DNA from: Bacillota bacterium
Lineage (GTDB): Bacteria > Bacillota > Sulfobacillia > Sulfobacillales > Sulfobacillaceae
Direction: 5' to 3'
NCBI GenBank assembly: GCA_021797675.1
Contig: JAJZZH010000105.1
Span: 7,472 to 71,471 of the forward strand
DNA length: 64,000 nucleotides
Below, piece after piece: positions 10,824-20,153 of this stretch (position 1 is the stretch's first letter; the number at the start of each line of letters is the position of its first letter). Below the pieces are notes generated by a model that was given only the letters and a program-made list of their open reading frames with translations, ran no database searches and was not told where the DNA came from. Position numbers and translations under genes: made by a program.

Positions 10824-11120
10824 CTACATTCGGCGTTGCCACCCTTGAGGGTATCGCCGCACATGCAAGACAGCCACGACCACAATGTGATTGGTGGCGA
10901 CACGAAAGTATATAGCGTACGGAAATCGGCGCAACAGAGCGCGCCGCACTTCCGATTCGATGACCGGGAATTGTTGCGGATTTTCAGCCACGCGGTTGAA
11001 CAGAGCGTCGAGAGCTTCTATGAACCGCCCACCTAATCCCGGCCGTTGCGCTTCGTACCATGCGACGGTATCTGCGACATCGTGTTGGGCACCGGAGCCC
11101 AGTCGAACGGGGAGGCTCAT
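10824..11120 (-). CDS. ParE/RelE-family type II toxin
   Basis: C-terminus RFPYAIYFRVATNHIVVVAVLHVRRYP is typical of ParE. It overlaps the upstream antitoxin gene by 4 nt (ATGA). Confidence 0.7.
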   Translation of the reverse strand: MSLPVRLGSGAQHDVADTVAWYEAQRPGLGGRFIEALDALFNRVAENPQQFPVIESEVRRALLRRFPYAIYFRVATNHIVVVAVLHVRRYPQGWQRRM

Positions 11121-11368
11121 GAATTCGACTTGGATCGTTGCAAGTCTCGGGCCATTTGTTCGCGAACTTGAGTCCAATCGCGTAGGTCTTCCGAGTCTGA
11201 GCCCAGATCGGCAAGTCGCTGCCGAATCATGGCCGTATGCCATTCAGGAACGGGCACCCGGTCGTCAATGGCGGCAATCCGATCCCACAGGGATTGCACA
11301 TAGTCTACCTTTTCGTCTGGAGAGAGATCATCGAACCCAGATGGGGGCCAGGGAACATGCGTAGACAT
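11117..11368 (-). CDS. Putative addiction-module antitoxin (TIGR02574-like)
   Basis: MSTHVPWPPSGFDDLSPDEKVDYVQSLWDRIA...PVPEWH...IRQRL; start taken at an internal Met of ORF 11117..11431. Confidence 0.6.
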   Translation of the reverse strand: MSTHVPWPPSGFDDLSPDEKVDYVQSLWDRIAAIDDRVPVPEWHTAMIRQRLADLGSDSEDLRDWTQVREQMARDLQRSKSNS

Positions 11369-11649
11369 GCCGACACCTCCGTTTCCCACATGATAACATG
11401 CCCTGAATCGCGCACGAAAAGCCAGGCACAAAAATCACCTAAGCGCCCTGGCAACGGAGCGATGCATCTGACGATCACAGCGTCTGGGTCGTTCCGAGCC
11501 ATAGCGCTGTGGGTCTTCTGGCGCACTATCCATCGGAAACGGCGATAGGCTCCCATCGATCGATCTTTCCTGCGGGGAAGATCTTCACCTATACTATACT
11601 TCGCCAGCGCACTTTATCAAGCAGGCGATTTGACGCATAAAAAAGGTAC

Positions 11650-12960
11650 TTGAACTGCCTTCGTTGCCTCACTCACAAGAAAATGTACTCGAAAAGGGGT
11701 GCGGTGATGGCAACACGAACTACTCGGCATCAAACTCAGGAGGATCTTTTGATGCCGTTGTCTTTGTCTGAACGTCTGGCGATGACCCAGGAATTAGCCC
11801 AACCATATCGTCGCGCCACGAAACGCGAGCGATCGGCACTCATTACCCAACTGCAAACCCTGTGTAGCTATAACCGGTCCTATGCCGGGCGGGTCTTGCG
11901 GCTGGCCTCCGCGCATCGCGGTCGCCCCAAGCGTCGATCCCCCAAGCCTGGTCGCGGCCGGAAACCGACCTATGGTCCGGCGGCGAAGCAGGCGCTCGTG
12001 CACTGTTGGGCCATGCTCAATTTTCCCACGGGCAAACGCTTACAACCGTTTTTGGCGGAACTGGTCGCCCAGTTAGAACACCACAGGGAACTGACCGTGG
12101 ACCCCGCGACGCGGGGGCAGCTCCTCGCGATGAGCGCCGCCTCCATCGATCGCTTTCTCGCCCCCGAACGGCGGCGGTTAACGATCAAGGGCCGCCATGG
12201 GACCAAACCGGGCACGCTGCTCAAACAGCAAATTCCGGTCCGCACCTGGGCGGAGTGGGACGATGCGACCCAGCCCGAGTTTCTCGAAATCGATCTCGTC
12301 TCCCATGATGGCGGCGCCGCCCGCGGCGACTTTGCCTGGACGCTCGACATGGTCGACATCCTCACCGGCTGGACCGAAATCGCCGCCGTGCCCAACAAGG
12401 CTCGGAAGTGGGTGCTGGAGGCGCTGAACGCGCACCGCAGCCAGTTTCCGTTTCCCCTGCGCGGTCTCGATTCCGACAATGGCAGCGAGTTCATCAACCA
12501 TCATCTGCTCGCCTGGTGCGAAACGCACCACATCACATTTACGCGCTCCCGAGCGTATCACAAGAACGACGGCTGTTACGTCGAACAGAAAAACTGGGCG
12601 GTCGTCCGACGCTTTGTCGGCTACCTCCGCTATGAAGGCCCGGACCAGGTGGCGTGGCTGAATGAGCTCTACGCCACGCTGCGTCTCTACACGAATTTCT
12701 TTCAGCCGCTGCAGAAGACGGTGTTCAAGGAGCGGCGAGGCGCTCGGGTCTACCGCCGCTACGACACGGCCCGCACTCCCTATCAGCGGGTCTTAGCTTT
12801 ACCCGACACGGTGATCTCCGCGGATCAGAAAGCCACCTTGCGCCAGCAGTACGAGGCGCTCAATCCAGCGGCGTTGCGCCGCGACCTGACCCGCCTCCAA
12901 GACCGGTTAGGGGACACGGCCCACCTCGATGACCCCGAGGAGGCCGCCCCCACGCCCTAA
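11650..12960 (+). mobile_element. DDE transposase with rve integrase core domain (IS481/IS3-like); apparently intact
   Basis: VSHDGGAARGDF...DSDNGSEFINH...RAYHKNDGCYVEQKNWAVVRRFVGYLRYEG gives a D, D(SDNGSEF), E catalytic triad region plus an N-terminal HTH-like segment. The true start may be Met at ~11707. Confidence 0.8.
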
Positions 12961-13055
12961 ACCCGAGGCGGGTCAGATAATCCAGATTCGTGAAGGTCTC
13001 TTCGCCTACGCGCACACTCACCGGTTTGATGGCCATCAGCGTTCTCGCAAGCACA

Positions 13056-13094
13056 GTAGCTCCCATGGCATGCACAGCATGCCATGGGAGCTAC
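13056..13094. repeat. Perfect 18-bp-stem palindrome (gtagctcccatggcatgc aca gcatgccatgggagctac)
   Basis: Read directly. It lies between the rve transposase and the 3' end of the IscB relic, and could be an IS200/IS605-type subterminal hairpin or a bidirectional terminator. Confidence 0.7.
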
Positions 13095-13242
13095 TCGGGA
13101 TACGGAGGGGAATCAATGCCGGTCCATCGCGAGCTACGCTCGGGCCGCAGCGGCTCGGGGGCCCTGCGAACCTCCGGAAAGCCTGGATCGTCTTGCCGGG
13201 CCCGAGAGGTGTAGAGAGCGGCATCAAGATCTCTTCTCGAAT

Positions 13243-13289
13243 CAGATTAGCTACCACTGCATTCACTGCATTCGCTGGTAGCTAATCTG
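13243..13289. repeat. 14-bp inverted repeat (cagattagctacca / tggtagctaatctg) around a 19-nt loop that contains a direct tgcattc x2 repeat
   Basis: Read directly; a second hairpin 3' of the IscB relic. Confidence 0.6.
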
Positions 13290-13717
13290 GATATCGGATC
13301 TGTCCATGGGGTCACCCGTGACCCGCAAGCCCGACCGCCCACCGGTCCGATCAGGCTCGCGTCTTTCGCCTTCGGGTCGGAACGCGCCGCTCTCAGCCCG
13401 GTTGGATCCGGTCCGCTTGTGACAGCTTTTCGGGACACAGCGGGCACCGACGGACGGCAAAGGCCCGGCGATCCCCGAGGCGGGCTTCGCCTACGGCTGC
13501 GCCCGCCTCGGGGATGCTCCATCCACCACCCTTCTCCGAACCCCCCCATTCTCAAATGCCCTACCCAAGAGGAACCTCTCTGACCTTCCAAGGACCAAAA
13601 GATGCTCTCGACCATAGGATCCCTCTAACGTCCGTGGTATGATTCCAGAGACATTTAATTTTGAGGCAATGAATCCCCGCTCAAGTACTTTTATTTGTGA
13701 GGGAAGACGCCTTCGCC

Positions 13718-15288
13718 TCACGGCGAGCGCCTTATATCCCCATACCTGAAGGTAGGGGTTTTACGGCGCGCTGGATAATAACGTTGTCGCACATGCCGGC
13801 GATAGCTGCGGTTGGCCACGTTGGTCGCTTGGTCATGCTCATCGACGACCATCCGAGCGGGATCCACGCCGGGTTGCCGGGCGGCGGCGCTGCGATACGC
13901 CGCGACCCCGGGATTGACGTCAAAGAGTTTGCGGCCGTCGTGGCGGGCGTGCAGCTTGACCGTATACGCGGCGGCGACATCCACCCACGAAACCCCAGGA
14001 CGGCAGCCCAAGACCATCGCATCGTTGGCGTGAGTTTTATCCACGCCGAAGGCTTCGCGAAGGGCCGCCGTTTCATAGCCATAACGGACGGTCACCGGCA
14101 GGCCCCATTGGTGAAGCCGGGATTCCAGGAGCAGTCGGCCGTGCATCGCACGTCCCGCCGCGCGGACGTTCGGATACGCTGTGATGTCGAAACAGAGCGC
14201 CAAGGCTTGGGTCGCGACCGCCGTATGACAATGAGCGCATAAGGTGCCCTGGATGTCATAGCGGGCGGACCCGCCGTGTTTGCGTTGCACGAAGTGGTGG
14301 ACATGCGCCGTTTCTGCCGTAACGGAGGCGCCACAGTACAGACATCGAAATCCGTCGCGTTGCAAGATGGCCAGGCGTTTTTCCGCCGACGGTGCGACAC
14401 CTTGCATAACGAACTTGGGCCCCGGCCGCTTGCGCCGTTGCGGTGCCGCGCCATAGACTTTGCGCTGGATGTTGAGTTTGACAATCTCTACCTGGATGTC
14501 CGTAATCGGATACCAGCGGCGCAGACGCTCGAGAACATTAAGCTTGCCTTGCACATCGGCGCGAATGCTGGGCGGATACGGAACCGGCTTGCGGTAGAAA
14601 ATCTTGCTGCTGCCAGCCCGATGGCGACGATGATTACGCCGATTGCGTCGGGCGTTGCGGATGGCTCGGCGGGCCTTCAGTTGGTCGCTAATCCGTTCAC
14701 CGCGGGTGGGAAGAAAAGTGTTGAGTCTAAGGTTATTTGGCCAAGACCAGTCTCGATTTCGTTGGCCGTTTTCGCAAGGAGCCCCTTTAGCACTGGCCGA
14801 ATGGATGGGTCGTGATAAACGGGGCGTCCATTCGGCCAGTCCCCGCCTGGCAGCGGTCTGATGACGTAGATCAGGCGCATCCTCGCGTGTTCCGACGAGG
14901 CAGTCTTCCCGTGGCGATGGCGGCATATGCAGCCGCGATTGCGTTCCTGGCCGTAGAGTTCTACGAGAAAAACGTGGCCAACAAATTTGAGAAAACACCT
15001 CGAATTTGCGGCCAAAAATCGTGGGACTCAACAGCAGAGCACGCGATCGGCATACGGCAGGTGTTCCACCACCGCGAATCCGACGGTCTGGCCATCGTCG
15101 AGCGTGACCCTTACGGGAGCAAATCCAGGGTGGTTGACCAAACGATTCAGCTGAATGACAAACGGGAGTCGAGACACGATGCGAGCTTTGTGGTGTTGAA
15201 GCAGTTGGCGTGCGCGAGCTGGATGGCAAGGCGACAGCGGCTGACCATCGGCGTTTAACACAGGAACATACGCAATATGGGTCATCAA
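13718..15288 (-). pseudogene. iscB: IscB (OMEGA-system RNA-guided HNH/RuvC nuclease of the IS200/IS605 superfamily) split over three reading frames
   Basis: Frame A (15288-15028): MTHIAYVPVLNADGQPLSPCHPARARQLLQHHKARIV...RVTLDDGQTVGFAVV gives the PLMP domain plus RuvC-I. Frame B (15015-14677) gives a linker. Frame C (14700-13718) gives LKARRAIRNARRNRRNHRR (bridge helix), the HNH motif CLYCG...HVHHFVQRKHGG...CAHCH, and RuvC-III GVDKTHANDAMVLG. At least two frameshifts are present. Confidence 0.75.
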
Positions 15289-15600
15289 CACGATAAAAGA
15301 CTCCTTTCCAGGAGAACTCCCCCGAAGGGGTGGGAAAGCGACCCTGTGCCGCTCGGTCAAGGTGTGGGCCTCCCAAGCCGTGAAAGCCTTGGCGTACAAG
15401 CGTCCAATCAGTGCGCGAACCGGCTAGGATCAGCACCGCCCTTGTAGCCCCGATCGGAGCCTTGACGTCATCGCATAGCGTGTACAACACATCCGGTAGT
15501 TAGGTTAGAGCCCGAGGAGAGGATTCCTCAAGCTCCGGCCTTTAGGCCGGGGTAGTTGACCCCTGTGGATATGGCGTCAGTAGACGCTATATCGACACAT
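15289..15600 (-). ncRNA. Candidate omega-RNA/left-end region of the IscB element
   Basis: GC-rich, ORF-free, inverted-repeat-rich sequence immediately 5' of the IscB PLMP start, which is where IscB omega-RNAs are encoded. The call rests on position only. Confidence 0.25.
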
Positions 15601-16651
15601 ACCCCAAAGCAGGATTGGGATTAGGCCGGAGACGGCCACGAATAAAACTGCGGCCCGCGGAAGAGCGAACAATTCCAGGCGTGCTTAAAAATGCCTAGAT
15701 CTGCGAGGTTTCTCGGTAGAGATGCGGAGATATGCTGAAGCACGTTACCGCGGTGGGGTTCTTTTGCAAGATGTCGCAAGCCTCCCAATATCTACCCAGC
15801 CGTTTAACTGGCCATCTGAGGGACGCGGATCGAAGCGTTCTGACGCGCCGACCTGCAGAGCGCTCGCCGCTTGGAATATTCTCGTTTCGTCCGGCTCCGT
15901 CGCCGCGTTGCCCTTGAACCTGCCCGCCCCAAAAAGGGCGGACATTGTATTGTGGGCGAACCACCATGGCTGCGTCGCGGGTCGTGAGACCCTGGGAGTG
16001 ACCCTCCTGACTCGCCACCGCTTATCCCGCCAGCCATGTCCCGGGGATCAGCCGGACTACGCCTTAACGCTCCCTGGAGGGGAACGGGACGGCGATACGT
16101 GTGGTTTCCACACGTCAGATCCTAATACCACCGTGTTAGAGGTGGTCGGTAGATGTTCGCCTGTTTTACCGTCGTATTCTGACGACGCGATACATTTTAC
16201 GTCTTCTACGATTGCGGGAGACGACCGCCAACGTATCCAATTGCCAAAGAGCGAACATGCGTATTTTAGCAAGAGATTTGCCTGATGGCAACGCCTTATA
16301 TCTCCGCTCTGAACGGCGGAGTTTTACGGCGCACCCTGATAAACTCAACAGTGGGGGGACTGCGGTTCCGGGCTCTGCCCAACCGAGCTTGGCGCGGCCG
16401 GGACAGAGCGCCTAACCCGGTTGGGCATTAGCCCCTGAGCGTCCACTCGCCGAACCACGCGGGCTTTGAACGCGCTGCGGTCGGAAGATCGGCGGGACAT
16501 TATCGAGCTCGCAGGTGATTTCGCGGAATTGGGTCCAACTGCGGTGGAACCATTAATTTCCGCGCCGAATACCCCTATATAGCGGGCCATCAACCACCGT
16601 CCGGAAAGCTTAACGGATCTCCACTCCAATGCTTGCTGAGGAGATGATGGG

Positions 16652-17497
16652 GTGTTCGGGTATCGCCGTTTTCCCTATGCCAAACAATCCACCGGCCCTT
16701 GGCCCAATGCGTCCGCCCGGCCTGCGGCGGCGGGCGCTGGGGACGCGGTTGACATCGTCGTGGTGAGCTATAATTGCCTCGCATATCTGAAGCGGTGCGT
16801 ACAGAGCATCGAACAATACGCCGATCTGCCGTATACGCTGTGGGTGGTCGATAACGGCAGTACCGACGGCACTCGCGACGATTTGAACGCCCTGCATCGA
16901 GCCACCGTGATATGGAACGATAGCAACCTGGGGTATGCCAAGGCGTGCAACCAGGGGGCCAGGGCGGGCAACGCACGCTATATTCTGTTCCTGAACGCGG
17001 ACACGGCGGCTACCCCGGGCTGGCTCAGCGAGCTGGTGCGGGCTTTTCAGTCCGACCCGCAGATTGCCGTGGTCGGACCCAAATTGGTGGATTTCCACAA
17101 TCGCATCGTGAGCGCGGGGGTGGTCGGCACCAACGCAAAACCCAGCATCCGTGGCTGGATGACACCTGATGCTCCCGACCGCTACGCCACGCCCATCGAC
17201 TGTCTTAGCGTGTCGGGGGCGGCCTATATGATCCGGCGGGACTTGATTCCAGTCCTCGGCCTGTTTGACGAGGCGTACTTTTTCTACTACGAAGAGACCG
17301 ACTACAGTTACAACGCTCGCTACCATGGGTATCGCGTTGTCTACTGGCCGTCAAGCCGGATGTATCACGTGGTTTCGGGGGCGAGCGGGAACCAGACCGG
17401 GAAAGAGTTGCGCCAGATGTTCGATGAAAGTCAACGCCATTTTCAACGTAAATGGGCCGCTTTCTTGAAGGAGGAGAGAAAATATGGGGAGCCCTGA
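16652..17497 (+). CDS. Family 2 glycosyltransferase
   Basis: VDIVVVSYNCLAYLKRCVQS...WVVDNGSTDGT and ...FLNADT are GT2/GT-A hallmarks. Confidence 0.8.
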   Translation: MFGYRRFPYAKQSTGPWPNASARPAAAGAGDAVDIVVVSYNCLAYLKRCVQSIEQYADLPYTLWVVDNGSTDGTRDDLNALHRATVIWNDSNLGYAKACNQGARAGNARYILFLNADTAATPGWLSELVRAFQSDPQIAVVGPKLVDFHNRIVSAGVVGTNAKPSIRGWMTPDAPDRYATPIDCLSVSGAAYMIRRDLIPVLGLFDEAYFFYYEETDYSYNARYHGYRVVYWPSSRMYHVVSGASGNQTGKELRQMFDESQRHFQRKWAAFLKEERKYGEP

Positions 17498-18182
17498 TCC
17501 CGTATTAATCGCCGGCATGATTGTCCGCAACGAGGCCGACAGATATTTGGCCATGGTCTTGGGCGATCTCGAAACCTATTGCGATCGCATCGTCGTGCTC
17601 GACGACGGTTCGACCGACGCCACCCCCGACGTTTGCCGATCATTTGCCAAAGTGATCTTCCATCGCCGCGAAACGTCGTTGTTTTGGCAGAACGAATCGG
17701 TTCTGCGCACCCAATTGTGGAACCTGGTGGTCGCTGGGCAGCCCGATTGGATTTTGGCCATTGACGCCGATGAAATGCTGGAACCGCGCTTTCGCCAGGA
17801 AAAGCGGCGGCTTTTGACCCAGACTGCACACGATGTGCTTGCCATGCGCCTGTATGAATTTTGGAATTCAATGACTCATTACCGCGTCGACAAATTGTGG
17901 AATCCCGCCGGCCGCCTTACCCCGATGCTGGTCCGCCACCGGCCCGGCGCGCACTACCGCTGGCGCAATCAACCGCTGCATTGCGGACGGATACCCGCTG
18001 GGCTCGCCGAGCCGTATTATTGTGGTCAGCGCTGCAAGCATTTCGGGTATGCGCGCCCCGACGATCATCGCCGCAAATATGAGATGTACACCCTGCACGA
18101 TCCCCAAGGCCGCTTTACTCCGTTATCGCACTACCAGAGCATTCTGGACCAGGACGCGGTGGTGGCCGAATGGCGAGATTGA
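17484..18182 (+). CDS. GT2-like glycosyltransferase
   Basis: IVVLDDGSTDAT...ILAIDADEML (DXD motif). Overlaps the previous gene by 14 nt, consistent with an operon. Confidence 0.65.
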   Translation: MGSPDPVLIAGMIVRNEADRYLAMVLGDLETYCDRIVVLDDGSTDATPDVCRSFAKVIFHRRETSLFWQNESVLRTQLWNLVVAGQPDWILAIDADEMLEPRFRQEKRRLLTQTAHDVLAMRLYEFWNSMTHYRVDKLWNPAGRLTPMLVRHRPGAHYRWRNQPLHCGRIPAGLAEPYYCGQRCKHFGYARPDDHRRKYEMYTLHDPQGRFTPLSHYQSILDQDAVVAEWRD

Positions 18183-19592
18183 GGCAAGCCGCTGGAGACG
18201 GTTCGACCACCATGCGTGATCGGTTAAGCGACTGAACTAACGCGTTTTCCCTGCAACCGCGCCGTACAGCTGAGCATCGTTGTCAACGAACCTAGGAATC
18301 GCCGCCTTCGAGCCCTATAAAGCGCGAAACCTGCCCCGATCGGATAGCGAATCCCCGCCGTGCTCACACGTGAGGAAAACTCCTCCGCCCAGCGGAGCGG
18401 CGTGATCCGCCGGGCTCGGCATCCTGGCAACCCAAAGTTTGCCAGGAGCGCATTTTGTCCGTCGGTTTGCCTGTTGTTGGCTTGGATTTGATATGACGAG
18501 TGGGGCCTGAGGAATTGTGCAACAATGCCAATCCGTTCAGGAAAACCGACAGGGCCCTTGGCCCCGCGGAGACCTGTCGCCCTTCTCCGCGATGAGACCA
18601 CCGGGCTTGAGCGGCCGATGGATGATCCTGCCCAACGCACCTTTTGCACACCATCGGCGGGTTAAAGAAAATGCCGATGCGTTGTGCGATGGCGTTGATC
18701 GTGATGCCGGCGATGGCCTTGGGCCGGATTGACGCGAACCCATCCCGTCGACGCAATCGCTTACGCGCTTTTTTCCAGCCGAATGGGAGCGTGTGCCAGA
18801 CGCCACGGTCTGAATGAGGTATTGGAGTCGATCATCACCTAAATGACGGGTCGTGGCGCTGTGAATACCCACGCCTCATCCCCCTGAAATTGGCACAGCG
18901 CACAAAGCCCGGAAACCATGCCGCCCGACGCGTCAAAAGCTATGGGTAGGGATTAGGGTTTACCGACGGGGATGAAAGCCGATGCGGGCTATCGTGCCCA
19001 TGCGGGCAGACCCCCATCAGCTCCCCGCTGGATTGTGCCCTTGCGCAGTAGATGGCTTTGCACAATCAATCCACGGGTGGCATAATTTAATGGGGCTCGG
19101 ACGCCGTCTGCGGGCAGCGGACGGAGAACACGCCGCCGCGATGAACCGAGAACCCCTCGGCTCTAGCCGTGGGGAGTCGTCGCCAGGGGTTTCGCTTCGG
19201 AAGTGACCCGGCTGTGGCCTATGGGGGCAAACCCACGCTCCGGCTTCGCCAGATTTCAGGCCTTGGTGGGCGTGGTGGTGTCGGTTGCTTGGCTTTGATA
19301 TGCCTCTCATCGGCGCGTCCGCTGATGGATCCAAGCGGTTACGGCCCGGCCTGTGTCCAATCGGTCTTGTCGTAAAGGAAGCCCAGTCCGTCGCCGAACA
19401 CAACCCCGATCCCCGGCCGGAACGCGCCGCTTTTTCCATCGATCCGGGCATCTATCTGTCGAGCCAGTTTGGCCCACGTCTGCAAGACGCGGTGATTGAC
19501 CGAAGGATGGGCCTTAAGGCTCTGTCGTCGGTCTCCCGCGATATGTTTGTCGAGGCAACCGTCTGAGCATGCGGCTGAGAAGGGAGAACACC

Positions 19593-20081
19593 ATGGCTAA
19601 CGATCCGTTGGAGGGAAGGCCAGCCCCGGACTTCACTCTGCCCAGCACGGAGGGCAGCATCCACTTGGCCGATTATCGGGGGCGCGTAGTGATTCTGTAC
19701 TTTTATCCCCGCGACAACACTCCAGGATGCACGACGGAGGCGTGCGATTTTCGCGACGCAGCGGGGCAATGGTCCGCCTTGGACGCCGTCGTGCTGGGGG
19801 TGAGCCGGGATTCGCTGGAGAGCCACCAAAAATTTCGCGACAAGCATCATTTGCCCTTTCCGCTGCTCTCGGACCCCGACGCGGAAGTGGCTACGCGTTA
19901 CGGTGCCTATGGAGAAAAGACCTTGTACGGCAAGCTGTCGATGGGGATGATTCGGAGCACCTTCATCATCGACGCCGACGGCATTGTACGGCGGGTTTTC
20001 CGCAAGGTGCGGGTGGTGGGTCACGTGGAGCGCGTAGGCGAGGTGGTCAAGCGCCTGCGCCAGGAGGCGGCGGGCGTTTGA
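19593..20081 (+). CDS. bcp: Thiol peroxidase Bcp (peroxiredoxin Q)
   Basis: PAPDFTLPSTEG...VVILYFYPRDNTPGCTTEACDFRD. Confidence 0.85.
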   Translation: MANDPLEGRPAPDFTLPSTEGSIHLADYRGRVVILYFYPRDNTPGCTTEACDFRDAAGQWSALDAVVLGVSRDSLESHQKFRDKHHLPFPLLSDPDAEVATRYGAYGEKTLYGKLSMGMIRSTFIIDADGIVRRVFRKVRVVGHVERVGEVVKRLRQEAAGV

Positions 20082-20153
20082 CCGAACCCGCCGCCTCCGA
20101 GGGGAGGGGAAAGGGGTGAGGCCGTTTCCTCTCCCCTCGCGGGTCCCGCCCGG

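Noticed and set aside
13697-14242. Plus-strand 181-aa ORF
   Set aside because: It is antisense to the IscB HNH/RuvC-III coding segment, has no recognisable motifs and an Arg/Gly-rich composition. Likely a high-GC shadow ORF.
14700-15490. N-terminal ~265 aa of the 590-aa ORF 13718..15490 (MLYTLCDDVKAP...)
   Set aside because: It is rich in Arg/Ser/Pro, has no domain similarity, and overlaps the real IscB PLMP/RuvC-I coding in other frames. Only the C-terminal ~325 codons of that ORF, from the bridge helix onward, are genuine IscB sequence.
15722-16285. 187-aa plus-strand ORF in the ORF-poor interval
   Set aside because: No motifs and a skewed composition. More likely noncoding, possibly within the IscB element end.
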